Below, piece by piece: positions 52,105 to 62,974 of a stretch of DNA of 64,000 nt. The translations under genes were made by a program, and so were the position numbers. Numbering within the stretch: position 1 is the first letter of the stretch; every line of letters begins with the position of its first letter. Location: assembly GCA_013334655.1 (NCBI GenBank), contig JAAXXD010000002.1:6319-70318 (forward strand), given 5' to 3'. Origin of the DNA: Chlorobaculum sp. GTDB taxonomy: Bacteria; Bacteroidota; Chlorobiia; Chlorobiales; Chlorobiaceae. The notes under the pieces were generated by a model. It did not search any database, had not been told where the DNA came from, and saw only the letters and a list, made by a program, of their open reading frames with translations.

Positions 52105-55100
52105 CCTCTCCGCGATGCCTTTCAGCAGCGCTTCGTAGCGGGCGATCAGCGCGATTGGAGCGGTGTCGGTGTTCGCGGGGTGCTGGAAGACGAGCTTCAT
52201 CTTTTTTTCGTGCTTGAACTGCGGGTGGTACTCCTTGAGCGTGTTGTCCTGCAGGGCAGCGATGAGGTTCCGGAAGAAGGCGCTGTCGTAGAACTCCTTG
52301 TCCTCGTTCGACGGCAGGAAGATCGTGGCGGTCGAGGGCTGGAGGTCGATCTTTTCGAGGCCAAGCGACGAGCCGAAGTGCTTCAGGCGGGCAATGGCAA
52401 GCAGATTGAGAAGCTCCTCCGGCATCGCGCCGAAGCGATCTTCGAGTTCGGCGGCGATGCTCCGGAGCGCCGTGTCGTCAGCGGCTTTCGAGATGCGGTC
52501 GTAGCACGAGAAGCGCTCCTGCGTGGCCGTGATGTAGAAGTCGGGAATGAGCGCGTCGAAAAAGAAGATCATATCGCACGGCCTCTGCGGCTTGAGCGCG
52601 GCCTTCTCGCTGTCGCTGAAGATGTGGCTGAATTCGGTCAGCTTCAGCTCGGCAACGGTCTCCTCGATCATCTTCTGGTAGAGATCGAAGCCTATCTCGT
52701 GGATGAATCCCGACTGCTCCGCGCCGAGCAGGTTGCCCGCGCCGCGAATGTCGAGATCGCGCAGGGCGACGTTGATGCCGGAGCCCAGCTCTGTGAAGCT
52801 CTCGATCACCGCGATACGCTGGATCGCCTCGCGCTTGAGCGTGTGCAAGGGCGGCGTGACGAGGTAGCAGTAAGCCTTGCGCTCGCTCCGCCCCACGCGC
52901 CCCCGAAGCTGGTACAAGTCCGACAGGCCGAACATGTCGGCGCGGTTGATGATGATCGTGTTGGCATTGGAAATATCCAGCCCCGAGCCGATGATGGAGG
53001 TTGCGATCAGCACATCGAGTTCCTGCTGCATGAAGTCCATCATGACGTTTTCAAGTTCGCGGGCGGGCATCTGGCCGTGCGCTGAGGCCATGCGGGCGTA
53101 AGGCACCATATCCCGCAGAGTGCGTTCGACCTCTTCGAGGTTCGCGATGCGGTTGTTCAGGAAAAAGACCTGCCCTTCGCGCTGAATTTCGCGGCGGATG
53201 GCTGACTGGATCGTCGCCGAATCGTACTCCGTGATGACCGTCTCGACCGGCTGGCGGTTTTTCGGTGGCGTCGAGACGATGGAGATGTCGCGCGCGCCAA
53301 GCATCGAGAACTGCATGGTGCGCGGAATCGGCGTGGCCGACATGGTGAGCGTGTCCACGCCGGGGAACTGCTGGCGGAGCTTCTCCTTGACATCCACGCC
53401 GAAGTGCTGCTCCTCGTCGATCACCAGCAGCCCCAGATCCTTGAACACCACGTCCGACGACACCATCCGGTGCGTACCGATCACGATGTCCACCGCTCCG
53501 GCGGCGATGCGCTCGATCACCTCCTTCTGCTGCTTTTTCGGTACGAAGCGGCTCAGAACGGCGATGTTGACCGGGAAGTTGGCGAATCGCCGCGCGAAGG
53601 ACTCGCCGTGCTGGTGGGTCAGAATGGTGGTTGGCGTGAGGATGGCCACCTGCTTTTTGCCTTCGACTGCCTTGAAAGCCGCGCGCATGGCGATCTCGGT
53701 CTTGCCGAATCCGGCGTCGCCGCAGATGAGCCGGTCCATCGGCGACGGGGACTGCATATCCCTCTTGACCTCCTGAATCGCCCTGAGCTGGTCTGGGGTC
53801 TCCTCGAACATGAAGGACGCCTCGAATTCGCGCTGGAAGATCGAGTCCGGTGCGAAGGCGAAGCCGGGCGTCATCTTGCGCTCGGCGTAGATGCGGATCA
53901 GCTTGGCGGCGATGTCGCGCAGCTTCTTGCGCACCTTCTCCTTTTTGGCACTCCACTTCGAGCTGCCGAGCTTCGAGAGTTGTGGCAGCGAACCTTCGGA
54001 GGCGGTGTATTTCGAGAGCAGGTTGATGTTCTGCACGTTGACGTAAAGCTGATCGCCACCCTCGTACTCGACCAGCACGCACTCCTGCTCCGAATTGCCG
54101 ACCTGGATCGTTTCAAGCGAGCGAAATACGCCGATGCCGTAATCTTCGTGCACGACGTAGTCGCCAACCTTGAGGCGCTGAAGCTCCTTGAGCGAAATGC
54201 CTCTGACCTTGCGCTTCCGGTGCGCTTTGTGGGTGTGAAACTTGCCGAAGATGTCCGACTCGGCGTAGATCGACATTCCGCTGAACTCGAAGCCCGTGTG
54301 CAGCGTGACCGGCAGCCACTCGATAACTTCCGCCTCTTTTGCGGCCTGGCCGCCATCGTGCTCTTCGGCGAGGAACTCCGCCAGCTCCTCGATCTCGCGG
54401 CGCGAACTGCACGCGAAGAGAGCTTTAAGCCCTTTCGCCGCCTTCTCCTCCACCCGGCTGGCGAGAAGCCGGAAGTTGCCCTGAAGCTTCTCCTGCACCC
54501 CCGAGCCAAAATCGATGCCCTCGTGTTCGATCCGGTGGATCACGACGTGCCGGAACAAAGGCAACGCCGTTTCGAGCAACTCGCGGTGCGCGGAGCCTTG
54601 CATCGCCGTAGCGTCATCGACGATGATGATCGTGGATTCCGGCAGATAATCGAGAATGCCCGCCGCTTTGCCCGTCCTCGCGCCCTCATTCGTAAAACTG
54701 CCGAACAGATCGACCGACTCGATAGCTGATGTGGAGAGCTGGTTTTCGATGTCGAAATGCCGGAGCGAGCTGACCGTATCACCGAAAAACTCGATGCGCA
54801 CCGGCTCGCGGCTGCCGAAGCAGAAGACATCGATGATCGAACCGCGCACCGAAAACTCCCCCTCGTTCTCGACGAAATCCCGTTTTTCGAAGCCATTGAT
54901 TTTGAGGAACTGCATCAGTGCGTCGTACCCGGCATCGCTTCGGGCGGCAAGCGAAAAGACTCTATCGCTCGATGATGAAGCATTGCACACCTCGACGCCG
55001 AGGTCTTCGAAACCGGCCACCACGACGAGCGTTTCGCGCCGCGAGAGCATTCCGAGCGCCTGGGAAAGCTCGTCGGCAGTGTTGCAGAAGGGCTTGCCGC

Positions 55101-55389
55101 CAAGCAGAAGCGGCAGGTCGTTGTCGTACACCTCCTCCTCGTCGGCGCTGCAAAAGAGCACCACCGGCGCGTCGAAATCGCGGAACAGCCCGGCGGCGAT
55201 GAACGGCGCGAGCGAGCCCCGAATGCCGCAAATGCTTACGGCACTGCGCTCGCCGCCCGCCGCCGGAGTGGCAAGCGCCTCGCGCAGGGAGCGATACGGA
55301 GCCGATGCGGCGAGGCTGTCGAGTACGAGATCGACAGGTCTTTTGACGATACTGGCGAACTGAGGCGCAGGATTAGCGGAAAATTTCAT
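52081..55389 (-). CDS. mfd: transcription-repair coupling factor
   Basis: [56 protein letters not shown]. Confidence 0.96.
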   Translation of the reverse strand: MKFSANPAPQFASIVKRPVDLVLDSLAASAPYRSLREALATPAAGGERSAVSICGIRGSLAPFIAAGLFRDFDAPVVLFCSADEEEVYDNDLPLLLGGKPFCNTADELSQALGMLSRRETLVVVAGFEDLGVEVCNASSSSDRVFSLAARSDAGYDALMQFLKINGFEKRDFVENEGEFSVRGSIIDVFCFGSREPVRIEFFGDTVSSLRHFDIENQLSTSAIESVDLFGSFTNEGARTGKAAGILDYLPESTIIIVDDATAMQGSAHRELLETALPLFRHVVIHRIEHEGIDFGSGVQEKLQGNFRLLASRVEEKAAKGLKALFACSSRREIEELAEFLAEEHDGGQAAKEAEVIEWLPVTLHTGFEFSGMSIYAESDIFGKFHTHKAHRKRKVRGISLKELQRLKVGDYVVHEDYGIGVFRSLETIQVGNSEQECVLVEYEGGDQLYVNVQNINLLSKYTASEGSLPQLSKLGSSKWSAKKEKVRKKLRDIAAKLIRIYAERKMTPGFAFAPDSIFQREFEASFMFEETPDQLRAIQEVKRDMQSPSPMDRLICGDAGFGKTEIAMRAAFKAVEGKKQVAILTPTTILTHQHGESFARRFANFPVNIAVLSRFVPKKQQKEVIERIAAGAVDIVIGTHRMVSSDVVFKDLGLLVIDEEQHFGVDVKEKLRQQFPGVDTLTMSATPIPRTMQFSMLGARDISIVSTPPKNRQPVETVITEYDSATIQSAIRREIQREGQVFFLNNRIANLEEVERTLRDMVPYARMASAHGQMPARELENVMMDFMQQELDVLIATSIIGSGLDISNANTIIINRADMFGLSDLYQLRGRVGRSERKAYCYLVTPPLHTLKREAIQRIAVIESFTELGSGINVALRDLDIRGAGNLLGAEQSGFIHEIGFDLYQKMIEETVAELKLTEFSHIFSDSEKAALKPQRPCDMIFFFDALIPDFYITATQERFSCYDRISKAADDTALRSIAAELEDRFGAMPEELLNLLAIARLKHFGSSLGLEKIDLQPSTATIFLPSNEDKEFYDSAFFRNLIAALQDNTLKEYHPQFKHEKKMKLVFQHPANTDTAPIALIARYEALLKGIAERQLIVDNG

Positions 55390-55819
55390 GAAACAGCGTC
55401 GATACGGATTTCGGACAAAAGGAGAGACCTCCATGGAGGCATTCCGTGGAGAAGACAAGCCGTCCGCCAGTTGCTCGGGCGGGAGGCCGGTTGTACATAT
55501 TTTGACTGATACAACGGTCAATATAATAAACAGCCTTAATTCAGGAAGAGCCTGAAACGATGAATAGTGTCGCCCCCCGCCAGCGCCAGCGCACGAACTG
55601 CCTGTACACAGAGCACCTATACATCAGAACTTCGCGTTGACGGGGTTTTGAGACCGGGGGTGCGTTCCTCAGGCAGCGACGATGAGAGCTTTTGTATTAC
55701 CATCAATTTTCGTTAGGTTTATTTAAGTTTTGGATTGATGAATATGAATTTTGAAAATTTACGCTATCCGGGGACTACTCGTGTGTGAGCTCGACAACAC
55801 TCAATAGAGGAGAGTGATT

Positions 55820-56047
55820 ATGAATTTGAAGCAAATTGAAGATGAAGCTCTTCATTTATCTCAGGAGGAGCGAGCTGGATTGGTACAGAAACTTCTCCTG
55901 AGTCTCGATGTTTCATCGAAAGAAGAAGAAATTGAAGACGACTGGATGATTGAAGCAAACCGTCGGGCGAAAGAACTTGACGAAGGAATTGTGCAAGCGA
56001 TACCAGCAGAAGAGGTCAGAAAAAAGGCTCAGGCCTTGCTTCGGTGA
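55820..56047 (+). CDS. putative addiction-module antitoxin (TIGR02574-like)
   Basis: ALHLSQEERAGLVQKLLLSLD...W..EANRR...G...AIPAEEV. Confidence 0.8.
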   Translation: MNLKQIEDEALHLSQEERAGLVQKLLLSLDVSSKEEEIEDDWMIEANRRAKELDEGIVQAIPAEEVRKKAQALLR

Positions 56048-56178
56048 GCTACTCCTTTCACCCTGCCGCAGAGGCGGAACATCTTGAATCCGTCGCGTTT
56101 TACGAATCGAGACAGGCGGGGGTTGCGCTGATGGCCACCGCCGATGAGAGCTTTTGTGTTACCACAAATATTCGTTAA
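56044..56178 (+). pseudogene. truncated ParE/RelE-family toxin
   Basis: GTGA overlap; MSYSFHPAAEAEHLESVAFYESRQAG then runs into the direct repeat and stops. Confidence 0.7.
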
Positions 56179-56247
56179 CTTTATTTCGGTTTTGGATTGA
56201 TGTATATGAATTGGGGGGCTTTAAATTACACAACTGTGAGGTCTGGT

Positions 56248-56511
56248 ATGTATTGGGATGCAAAAGTTGTCAAGCCGTTGTCGGATTATCGCATTTATGT
56301 TGAAATTGAAGATGGGCGTCAGGGTGTCTTTGATATGAAACCTTATCTTGATCGCGGCGTTTTTCGGGAACTTAAAGATGAGAATTATTTCAATCAGGTA
56401 GGTATTCTTTTAGGCGCTGTTGCCTGGCCGCATGAACAAGATATAGCGCCGGAAACTCTGATTGAAGAAATGGTGCCGGTTGAAAATATGTCTGATGTCG
56501 GTTTGGGGTGA
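56248..56511 (+). CDS. DUF2442-family protein
   Basis: VKPLSDYRIYVEIEDG..G.FDMKPYL..GVF..LKD..YF..V...GAVAWP.EQDIAPETL. Confidence 0.8.
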   Translation: MYWDAKVVKPLSDYRIYVEIEDGRQGVFDMKPYLDRGVFRELKDENYFNQVGILLGAVAWPHEQDIAPETLIEEMVPVENMSDVGLG

Positions 56512-56624
56512 TTTGTAAACGTTTGAGTTGTTTATAAATAATTAATTGACTGGTCTGTGATTGTGGTTTTGTGCTTGTCTTATACAGAAAGAGTCTTTTT
56601 GCTTTTTCTGAAATAGGCAGATCA

Positions 56625-56646
56625 GTCTAATAAAAAATGTTAAAGC
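56625..56646 (+). mobile_element. attI-like site / cassette start
   Basis: GTCTAATAAAAAAT-G|TTAAAGC; GTTAAAGC is the exact inverse of GCTTTAAC after the gene. Confidence 0.55.
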
Positions 56647-56672
56647 GCTATTAGAAAATAAGGATTAATTTC

Positions 56673-57707
56673 ATGCAATTTACAACGATTGAATTTATAA
56701 ATGTCGTTTTGCCTTCTTTTGGCATAGCGTGTGGGATTGCTTTAGGTTTGATGTTTTTTAAAGAGTGGCGGTTGGATAGGAGACGCGAATTTGATATGAA
56801 GCGCGAAGAGCTACATATCAAACTAAAAGAATATCAGCAAGAAACTAAATTAGTGGTTAACAATGATAATAGCATAGGCAATGAATCAGATTTGGGCGGA
56901 TATGTAACTATTGATATTCCTGAAGAAAGGAAATCTATTTTTCACGACCTCCTTAAAGGATTTGAGGAATACGCAGCGCTCAAAGGTTATAAGGTTTCAG
57001 TATCTATCGATAGCAGTATTGAGAATAAGATTTCATTTAAGATTGTGATACATGATTTTGGTATTACCGGTACTAGAGGCTCCGTTAAAAATGATCTTGA
57101 TGAATACATTGAAAAAATAAAGTCAGGCGAGCCAATCGATAACATGCCTGAATTTATTGAGTCTGTGGAGCATTCGAGGTTAATGATGGCATTAAAAAAC
57201 AGGATATCTTTTTTACAACAAAACTATGAGGTAGAGAAAAATATAAGAGAATTTTATCAGGGGTTTTTTAAGCAACTACCAGTTACAGGATTTTCTCACC
57301 TAAGTCCTGTATTTCACATCTCAAACAGTGGGGTAACAGAAATGGACCAAAGAAAGTACATTGCAAATAACTCTGCCAATGTTAGTCAGGGTGACAACCA
57401 ACAGAATCAGTTGAGCGGAAGTGATATAGCCATTGGCTCGACCTTCTCGAAGAAGAGTGAGCAGATAGAAAAGATTGAATCATTGATAGAGGCTCTCAAA
57501 AAAGAGAGTGATGGCGGTGAAGTCAACGACATTACTCGTCAATTTGAAAACATTAAAGAAGAAATAAAAGAGGAGGAAAATCCAGACAAAGGCATGATAT
57601 CTAAGTGGTTAAACAAGGCTAAAATTCTGCTCACATTTTCAGAAAAGGGGACGGAAATTTTCAAAAAAGCAAAAGAAGTATATGAATCATTTGGTCTCAA
57701 TTTCTAA
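56673..57707 (+). CDS. AT-rich hypothetical protein with N-terminal TM helix (gene-cassette cargo)
   Basis: 344-aa ORF; hydrophobic residues ~8-29, coiled-coil and helical C-terminus; no family recognised. Confidence 0.75.
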   Translation: MQFTTIEFINVVLPSFGIACGIALGLMFFKEWRLDRRREFDMKREELHIKLKEYQQETKLVVNNDNSIGNESDLGGYVTIDIPEERKSIFHDLLKGFEEYAALKGYKVSVSIDSSIENKISFKIVIHDFGITGTRGSVKNDLDEYIEKIKSGEPIDNMPEFIESVEHSRLMMALKNRISFLQQNYEVEKNIREFYQGFFKQLPVTGFSHLSPVFHISNSGVTEMDQRKYIANNSANVSQGDNQQNQLSGSDIAIGSTFSKKSEQIEKIESLIEALKKESDGGEVNDITRQFENIKEEIKEEENPDKGMISKWLNKAKILLTFSEKGTEIFKKAKEVYESFGLNF

Positions 57708-57710
57708 TTT

Positions 57711-57772
57711 GCTTTAACAATAAACCACACAATAACACTCCTGTCGTCGCGCCTGTGAGTTAAACGTTAGAC
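57711..57772 (+). mobile_element. attC (59-be)-like site
   Basis: GCTTTAAC 3 nt after the stop, degenerate L boxes (ACCACAC/GTGAGT), GTTAGAC (GTTRRRY) at 57766-57772; 62 bp. Confidence 0.65.
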
Positions 57773-57969
57773 GTTTCTGTGAAAATCACGACATTCTTCC
57801 AAGACTTTTCGCAAAGCAATTAGTGAACAAGTCGCAATCGACTGCCTCCAAGTCACAGCGTGTCTCGGAATGACAGGCGGAATATATCTTGCTATCGAAA
57901 TCAAGTTTGATTGATTTGCCAGAATCTGCTCACGCTTCAGATAAGCAAAAACCAAACACAGACAATCGC

Positions 57970-58263
57970 TCAATGAATCAAAATATCAAGCTTTTTGCCC
58001 AGCGCTTCGGCGTAGCTGGAGAGGGTCGAGAGTTTGACGTCTTCGGCGTGGTTTTCGATGCGCGAAATAGCTGATTTGTGGGTTTTCAGCTTTTGGGCGA
58101 CTTCGACTTGCGACATTCCGGCATTGAGCCTTGCTTGCTTGAGTATCACGCCGATGCGAAAATTCCTGTAACCGTCATCATATCCTTCAGCAAAACCGGG
58201 ACTTGACGCCTTCTGCTCGTCAATAAAAGCCTGCAATTCATCTCTGTTCGTGTCGTTTCTCAT
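57970..58263 (-). CDS. XRE-family HTH antitoxin (HigA-like)
   Basis: [31 protein letters not shown]...LSTL..YAEALG. Confidence 0.85.
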   Translation of the reverse strand: MRNDTNRDELQAFIDEQKASSPGFAEGYDDGYRNFRIGVILKQARLNAGMSQVEVAQKLKTHKSAISRIENHAEDVKLSTLSSYAEALGKKLDILIH

Positions 58264-58591
58264 ACTCTTTTTTCCTTTGCTCCGCGAGCGCGATTTCCTG
58301 CGGCGGAGTCTTTTGTGATTTCTTGCTGAATCCGTTGGTCAGCACGACAAAGCTACCTTGATGCACAAAACCCAACAACCTTGTTGCATTGCCTCCATGC
58401 GAGGAGCGCACTTCCCAAATCCCGTCAGTATTCTGGAGCTTCTTGAAGTACTCTTTGGGCACCATCTGAAAATCCCTGACCAACGTCAACACCCACGCAA
58501 CCTTTTGCCGCTCCTTGTCCGGGAGAGTCAACAGGAACTCCTTAACCGGGCACTGTCCTGAAGGTGTTGTATAAAAGATGATCGATCGCAT
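58238..58591 (-). CDS. RelE/HigB-like (Gp49/DUF891) toxin
   Basis: [42 protein letters not shown]; toxin-first order. Confidence 0.85.
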   Translation of the reverse strand: MRSIIFYTTPSGQCPVKEFLLTLPDKERQKVAWVLTLVRDFQMVPKEYFKKLQNTDGIWEVRSSHGGNATRLLGFVHQGSFVVLTNGFSKKSQKTPPQEIALAEQRKKEYEKRHEQR

Positions 58592-58637
58592 TGTTGAAGT
58601 TAACATCCAGGTCAACCTGTTGCAAGTGGTGAATCGA

Positions 58638-58672
58638 CTGGATTGCCACGTCGCTACGCTCCTCGCAATGAC
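58638..58672. repeat. GGATTGC...CTCGCAATGAC-family repeat
   Basis: CTGGATTGCCACGTCGCTACGCTCCTCGCAATGAC. Confidence 0.7.
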
Positions 58673-58850
58673 GGGTGTTGAGTTCTTACCCAAATCCCCC
58701 TCAAACTTTCCCTCCGCGAACTTTGTGAAATTTGTGCAAATTACTGGCTGGCGGGGTTATCCGGCCTGAATTAACGTTGTCGTCTGTCGTAAATTCAATC
58801 TCGTAAAAGTCAAGGGCGTCGGCGGCTGACTGGCCTGGCGCAATCGAATT

Positions 58851-59159
58851 ATGGAGCATATTCTCGAACTCAAGGATCTGAAAACCTGGTACCGTACCGA
58901 CAACGGTATCGCCAAGGCTGTCGATGGCGTCAGCTTTTCGCTCGCGCCGAACCGCATCATCGGCATCGTCGGTGAGTCGGGGTGCGGCAAGTCGGTGACG
59001 GCGCTTTCGATCATGCGGCTCGTGCCGATGCCGCCGGGCTACTTCGCTGTGGGCGACATTCTCTGGAAAGGGCGCAGCATCGTCAAGGCAACCGAGGCCG
59101 AGATGCGCAAAATCCGGGGTACTCTTCACTCAGCCGTATATGTATCAAACAACGGTTGA
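58851..59159 (+). pseudogene. 3'-truncated oligopeptide ABC ATPase (OppD/DppD-like)
   Basis: AVDGVSF, GIVGESGCGKS, EMRKIRG, then unrelated sequence and a stop. Confidence 0.8.
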
Positions 59160-59518
59160 GCAGACGATTCTTGATATCTGCGCAAAGTATTACTCAGCTT
59201 GGGTTTTTACACCCTGCTGTTTCAGAAGCGAAGGAAGTTCAGCCACCAATGATCCGGAGAACGCGAAATATCCACAGTGCGGACAGTCAATTTGAGTAGC
59301 GTCTGTAGCCGGATCATGTTCCAGCCCGTCTACAGGATGATCACAAACCGGGCAATTTATGATGATGCGATATCCGAGAAGTTTGAAGTTAAGAAATGCG
59401 AGGGGCTAATCGACCAACTATTACATCAATTATGCACGATATTTATGACATTTTACAAGAAATTGACACATGTAAACGAAAAAAGCTCCCGGGGTTGCCG
59501 GAAGCTTTTTCTTCGTTG

Positions 59519-59608
59519 CGGAGAGGGAGGGATTCGAACCCTCGGTAGCTCTATACGAACTACGTCGGTTTAGCAAACCGGTGCCTTCAGCCGCTCGGCC
59601 ACCTCTCC
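59519..59608 (-). tRNA. tRNA-Ser(GCT)
   Basis: GGAGAGGTGGCCGAGCGG...CCGGT-TTGCTAA-ACCGA, long variable arm, GGTTCGAATCC. Confidence 0.92.
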
Positions 59609-59620
59609 TGAAATTTGGTG

Positions 59621-59703
59621 CGGAGGATGAGGGACTCGAACCCCCATGGGCGCAAACCCGGCAGTTTTCAAGACTGCTGCCTTACCAATTAGGCTAATCC
59701 TCC
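59621..59703 (-). tRNA. tRNA-Ser(TGA)
   Basis: GGAGGATTAGCCTAATTGG...GCAGT-CTTGAAA-ACTGC, variable arm, GGTTCGAGTCC. Confidence 0.9.
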
Positions 59704-59833
59704 AGCGTATATAAAGAACGGGTCACAAGATAGTGATTTACCGACAAATAGCCAGAAGAAAATCCCTGTCACAGCATTTTCTCCAAGCCTTTCCGAAAAA
59801 CACCGCAGAACCTTTTGCATTCTGCTTTCTTGC

Positions 59834-59924
59834 TGGCGGAGAGGGAGGGATTCGAACCCTCGAGGGCTGTTACACCCTACCCGCTTTCCAGGCGAGCGCA
59901 CTAGACCAACTATGCGACCTCTCC
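59834..59924 (-). tRNA. tRNA-Ser(GGA)
   Basis: GGAGAGGTCGCATAG...CTCGC-CTGGAAA-GCGGG...CCCTCTCCGCCA. Confidence 0.92.
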
Positions 59925-60102
59925 GTTTAAGAGGTTTGTAATGTACAACTCATTTTCGTTTTTTAAAACTCGCACTACCTTTTTTCCTGCAAAGAAAAAT
60001 TGCTCGGAGCGCCCAAGGCAGGCCTCGCAGCGTTGTCATTCCGTGCTCACTTTCGTAAATTGGCTGATTCATTTTCGCCGCAATCTCTTAACCTGGCTCC
60101 CT

Positions 60103-61587
60103 ATGGATAAAATTCTCTATGATGCGCTGACTTTCGATGACGTCCTGCTCGTGCCCGCATATTCCAACGTACTTCCCAAAGAGACCGTCGTCAAGTCGCG
60201 ACTGACCCGAGAGATTGAGGTCAACATCCCGCTGGTGAGCGCTGCCATGGATACCGTCACCGAGGCCGAACTGGCCATCGCTCTGGCGCGGGCGGGCGGC
60301 ATTGGCATCATCCACAAGAATCTCTCCATAGACGAACAGGCCCGGCAGGTTGCCAAAGTCAAGCGTTTCGAGAGTGGCATCATCCGCAATCCCTTTACCC
60401 TGTTCGAAGACGCGACTATCCAGGAGGCAATCGAGCTGATGATCCGGCACTCTGTCTCGGGCATTCCGGTGGTCGAGCGCCCCACGCCGGAAGGGTGCCT
60501 GCTGCTGAAAGGCATCGTCACCAATCGTGACATGCGTATGAAGGCATCGCTTGACCAGAAGGTCACCACTATCATGACGACCGACCTCGTGACGGCAAAG
60601 GAGGACATCGACCTCATGACCGCCGAGGAGATTCTCATGACGAACAAGATTGAAAAGCTTCTCGTCATCGACGATCACGGCTACCTCAAGGGTCTTATTA
60701 CTTATAAGGACATCCAGAAGCGCAAGCAGTGCCCTGAAGCATGCAAGGACGGGCAGGGCCGCCTGCGGGTCGGAGCCGCCGTTGGCATCCGCGCCAACAC
60801 GATGTCGCGCGTCGATGCGCTCGTCTCCGCAGGCGTTGATGTCGTGGCGGTCGATACGGCGCACGGCCACAGCCAGGCGGTGCTCGACATGGTCGCCACC
60901 ATCAAGGCAAAATATCCGGAATTGCAGGTGATCGCCGGTAACGTAGCGACGCCGGAAGCGGTCAGGGATCTGGTCAAGGTCGGAGCCGACGCGGTGAAGG
61001 TTGGCATCGGGCCGGGCAGCATCTGCACGACGCGCATCGTGGCGGGCGTCGGTATGCCGCAGCTCACGGCGGTCATGAAGTGCGCCGAAGAGGCGAAAAA
61101 AACCGATACCCCGATCATCGCCGACGGAGGCATCAAATACAGCGGCGACATTTCCAAAGCGATAGCGGCGGGCGCGGATTCGGTCATGATGGGCAGCGTC
61201 TTCGCGGGCACCGACGAAAGCCCCGGTGAAACGATTCTCTACGAAGGCCGCCGCTTCAAGGCGTACCGCGGCATGGGTTCGCTCGGCGCGATGTCGGAGC
61301 CGGAAGGCAGCAGTGACCGCTACTTCCAGGACGCTTCGGCGGAGACGAAAAAGTACGTGCCCGAAGGCATCGAGGGGCGAATTCCGGCCAAGGGCAAGCT
61401 CGACGAGGTGGTCTACCAGCTCATCGGCGGCCTGAAATCTTCGATGGGCTACTGCGGCGTCAGAACCATCGTCGAGCTGAAGGAGAACACCCGCTTCGTG
61501 CGCATCACCTCGGCTGGCCTGCGCGAAAGCCATCCGCACGACGTGATGATCACCAAGGAAGCACCGAACTACTCGACCTCGGCATAA
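60103..61587 (+). CDS. guaB: IMP dehydrogenase
   Basis: ALTFDDVLL, SAAMDTVTE, CBS pair, GIGPGSICTTR, YRGMGS. Confidence 0.97.
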   Translation: MDKILYDALTFDDVLLVPAYSNVLPKETVVKSRLTREIEVNIPLVSAAMDTVTEAELAIALARAGGIGIIHKNLSIDEQARQVAKVKRFESGIIRNPFTLFEDATIQEAIELMIRHSVSGIPVVERPTPEGCLLLKGIVTNRDMRMKASLDQKVTTIMTTDLVTAKEDIDLMTAEEILMTNKIEKLLVIDDHGYLKGLITYKDIQKRKQCPEACKDGQGRLRVGAAVGIRANTMSRVDALVSAGVDVVAVDTAHGHSQAVLDMVATIKAKYPELQVIAGNVATPEAVRDLVKVGADAVKVGIGPGSICTTRIVAGVGMPQLTAVMKCAEEAKKTDTPIIADGGIKYSGDISKAIAAGADSVMMGSVFAGTDESPGETILYEGRRFKAYRGMGSLGAMSEPEGSSDRYFQDASAETKKYVPEGIEGRIPAKGKLDEVVYQLIGGLKSSMGYCGVRTIVELKENTRFVRITSAGLRESHPHDVMITKEAPNYSTSA

Positions 61588-61754
61588 GATTTCCACACAC
61601 ACCCACGAAAACCCCGGTTCAACGCCGGGGTTTTCTGGTTTTGGATGAAGCTGCTCCGAAAAATGCTTATTTTAAAGTAGCTGACGTCTTCTCGTCCGGG
61701 TCACGAAACCCGACATTTGTATCCGCCAACTCCGTTCATACAAGGAGCCGTACG

Positions 61755-62861
61755 ATGATCAGAGCGAACCGCTTTACAGTTATCACCCTGATTTTTGCCT
61801 TTTTCCTTTCAGCCTGTTCAGGAATCCAGGATTCAGGACTGACTGAAAAGCAGATTGCGAAAATGGTGCTTTCCACCAGGCCGGGCAATCCGTCACCGGA
61901 TATCTGGGCGCGCGCGATCAAGGAGAGTCTCGAAGAGCTGGGCCAGCCGGTGGACAAGGAGCATGTCAGCGCCGTTTGCGCCGTCATATCGCAGGTCAGC
62001 GCCTTTTCGCTCTCGCCCAAAAGCTCGCGAATGGCGAGTATTCTGCGCAAAAAAATAAAAGATGCCGAATCGAACGAAGTGTTGCGGCTGCTCATCGAAA
62101 CACGGCTGGATCAGACCGCTTCGAACGGCTTGAGTTTCCGGGAAAATATCGAATCGATTGGCAGCGAACTCGATTTCGAGAAATGGTATGACGAGTTCAC
62201 CTCGGCAAGCATTACGAAGCCGATTCTGCTCGTGCTCAACAAGGATGCGAGCGACCTGATCACCACGGCAGGCTCGATGCAAGTGTCGGTGAATTTCTCG
62301 GAGGAGTACCCGAAAAAGCCTATGAACGCGGGCGGCGGAAGCGTGCGCGACATGCTCTACACCTGCAAGGGGGGCGTATTCTACGGCTCGGCCTATCTGC
62401 TTGACTTCAAGCACAATTACGACGACTGGAAGTATGTCTTCGCCGATTTCAACGCGGGCCACTACGCCAGCCGAAACGCCGGGTTCCAGAAGATGCTGGC
62501 CAGGCTGACGCACCGGATGGTCGATACGGATGGCGATTTGATGAATTATGAAAACGGAAACCCCGCCCCGTCCGTCACCTACGTCACCTTCCTGAGCTAC
62601 CTGAAAAAGAAAGGGGTGGAGTTCGATGAAGAGCAGGTCATGAAAGATTTCAAGCAGGAAAAAACCTACGACTTCGAGAACACTTGGTCATACAAGACGC
62701 TCTCCGAGATGTACAAAAAGAGATACGGCCGCCCGATCTACGCCGAGCTGCCCGAAATCGCCCTCAACAGCCCGAAATTCGTGAGCAAGAATCTCTCCAC
62801 CAGATGGTTCGCCGAACAGGTTAAGGCTCGGTATAACCGCTGCATGAGAACGAAGATTTGA
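61755..62861 (+). CDS. DUF1615 (YaiW-like) lipoprotein
   Basis: LSAC lipobox, TAGSMQVS, FADFNAGHYASRNAGFQ, L.SPK....LSTRWFA. Confidence 0.8.
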   Translation: MIRANRFTVITLIFAFFLSACSGIQDSGLTEKQIAKMVLSTRPGNPSPDIWARAIKESLEELGQPVDKEHVSAVCAVISQVSAFSLSPKSSRMASILRKKIKDAESNEVLRLLIETRLDQTASNGLSFRENIESIGSELDFEKWYDEFTSASITKPILLVLNKDASDLITTAGSMQVSVNFSEEYPKKPMNAGGGSVRDMLYTCKGGVFYGSAYLLDFKHNYDDWKYVFADFNAGHYASRNAGFQKMLARLTHRMVDTDGDLMNYENGNPAPSVTYVTFLSYLKKKGVEFDEEQVMKDFKQEKTYDFENTWSYKTLSEMYKKRYGRPIYAELPEIALNSPKFVSKNLSTRWFAEQVKARYNRCMRTKI

Positions 62862-62913
62862 AGAAGATCGGAAAGATCAGACGCATCTGACCGATCTGGT
62901 GGCAGAACGAACA

Positions 62914-62970
62914 GGGCGGACACACAGGTCCGCCCCTACATTATTCATTATCAATTCTCCATTATCCATT
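62914..62970. repeat. GTAG-type REP plus heptamer repeats
   Basis: Minus strand GTAGGGGCGGACCTGTGTGTCCGCCC; adjacent TTATTCATTATCAATTCTCCATTATCCATT. Confidence 0.7.
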
Positions 62971-62974
62971 TTTT

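Larger units (their letters stand above)
55680..56212 (+). repeat. ~71-bp direct repeat (55680-55750 and 56142-56212)
   Basis: CGATGAGAGCTTTTGT.TTACCA...TTCGTTA..TTTATTT..GTTTTGGATTGATG.ATATGAATT occurs twice. Confidence 0.85.

Noticed and set aside
59621-59703. Possible tRNA-Leu or tRNA-Sec
   Set aside because: The anticodon loop CTTGAAA gives TGA (Ser), with a normal 7-bp acceptor stem and G discriminator.
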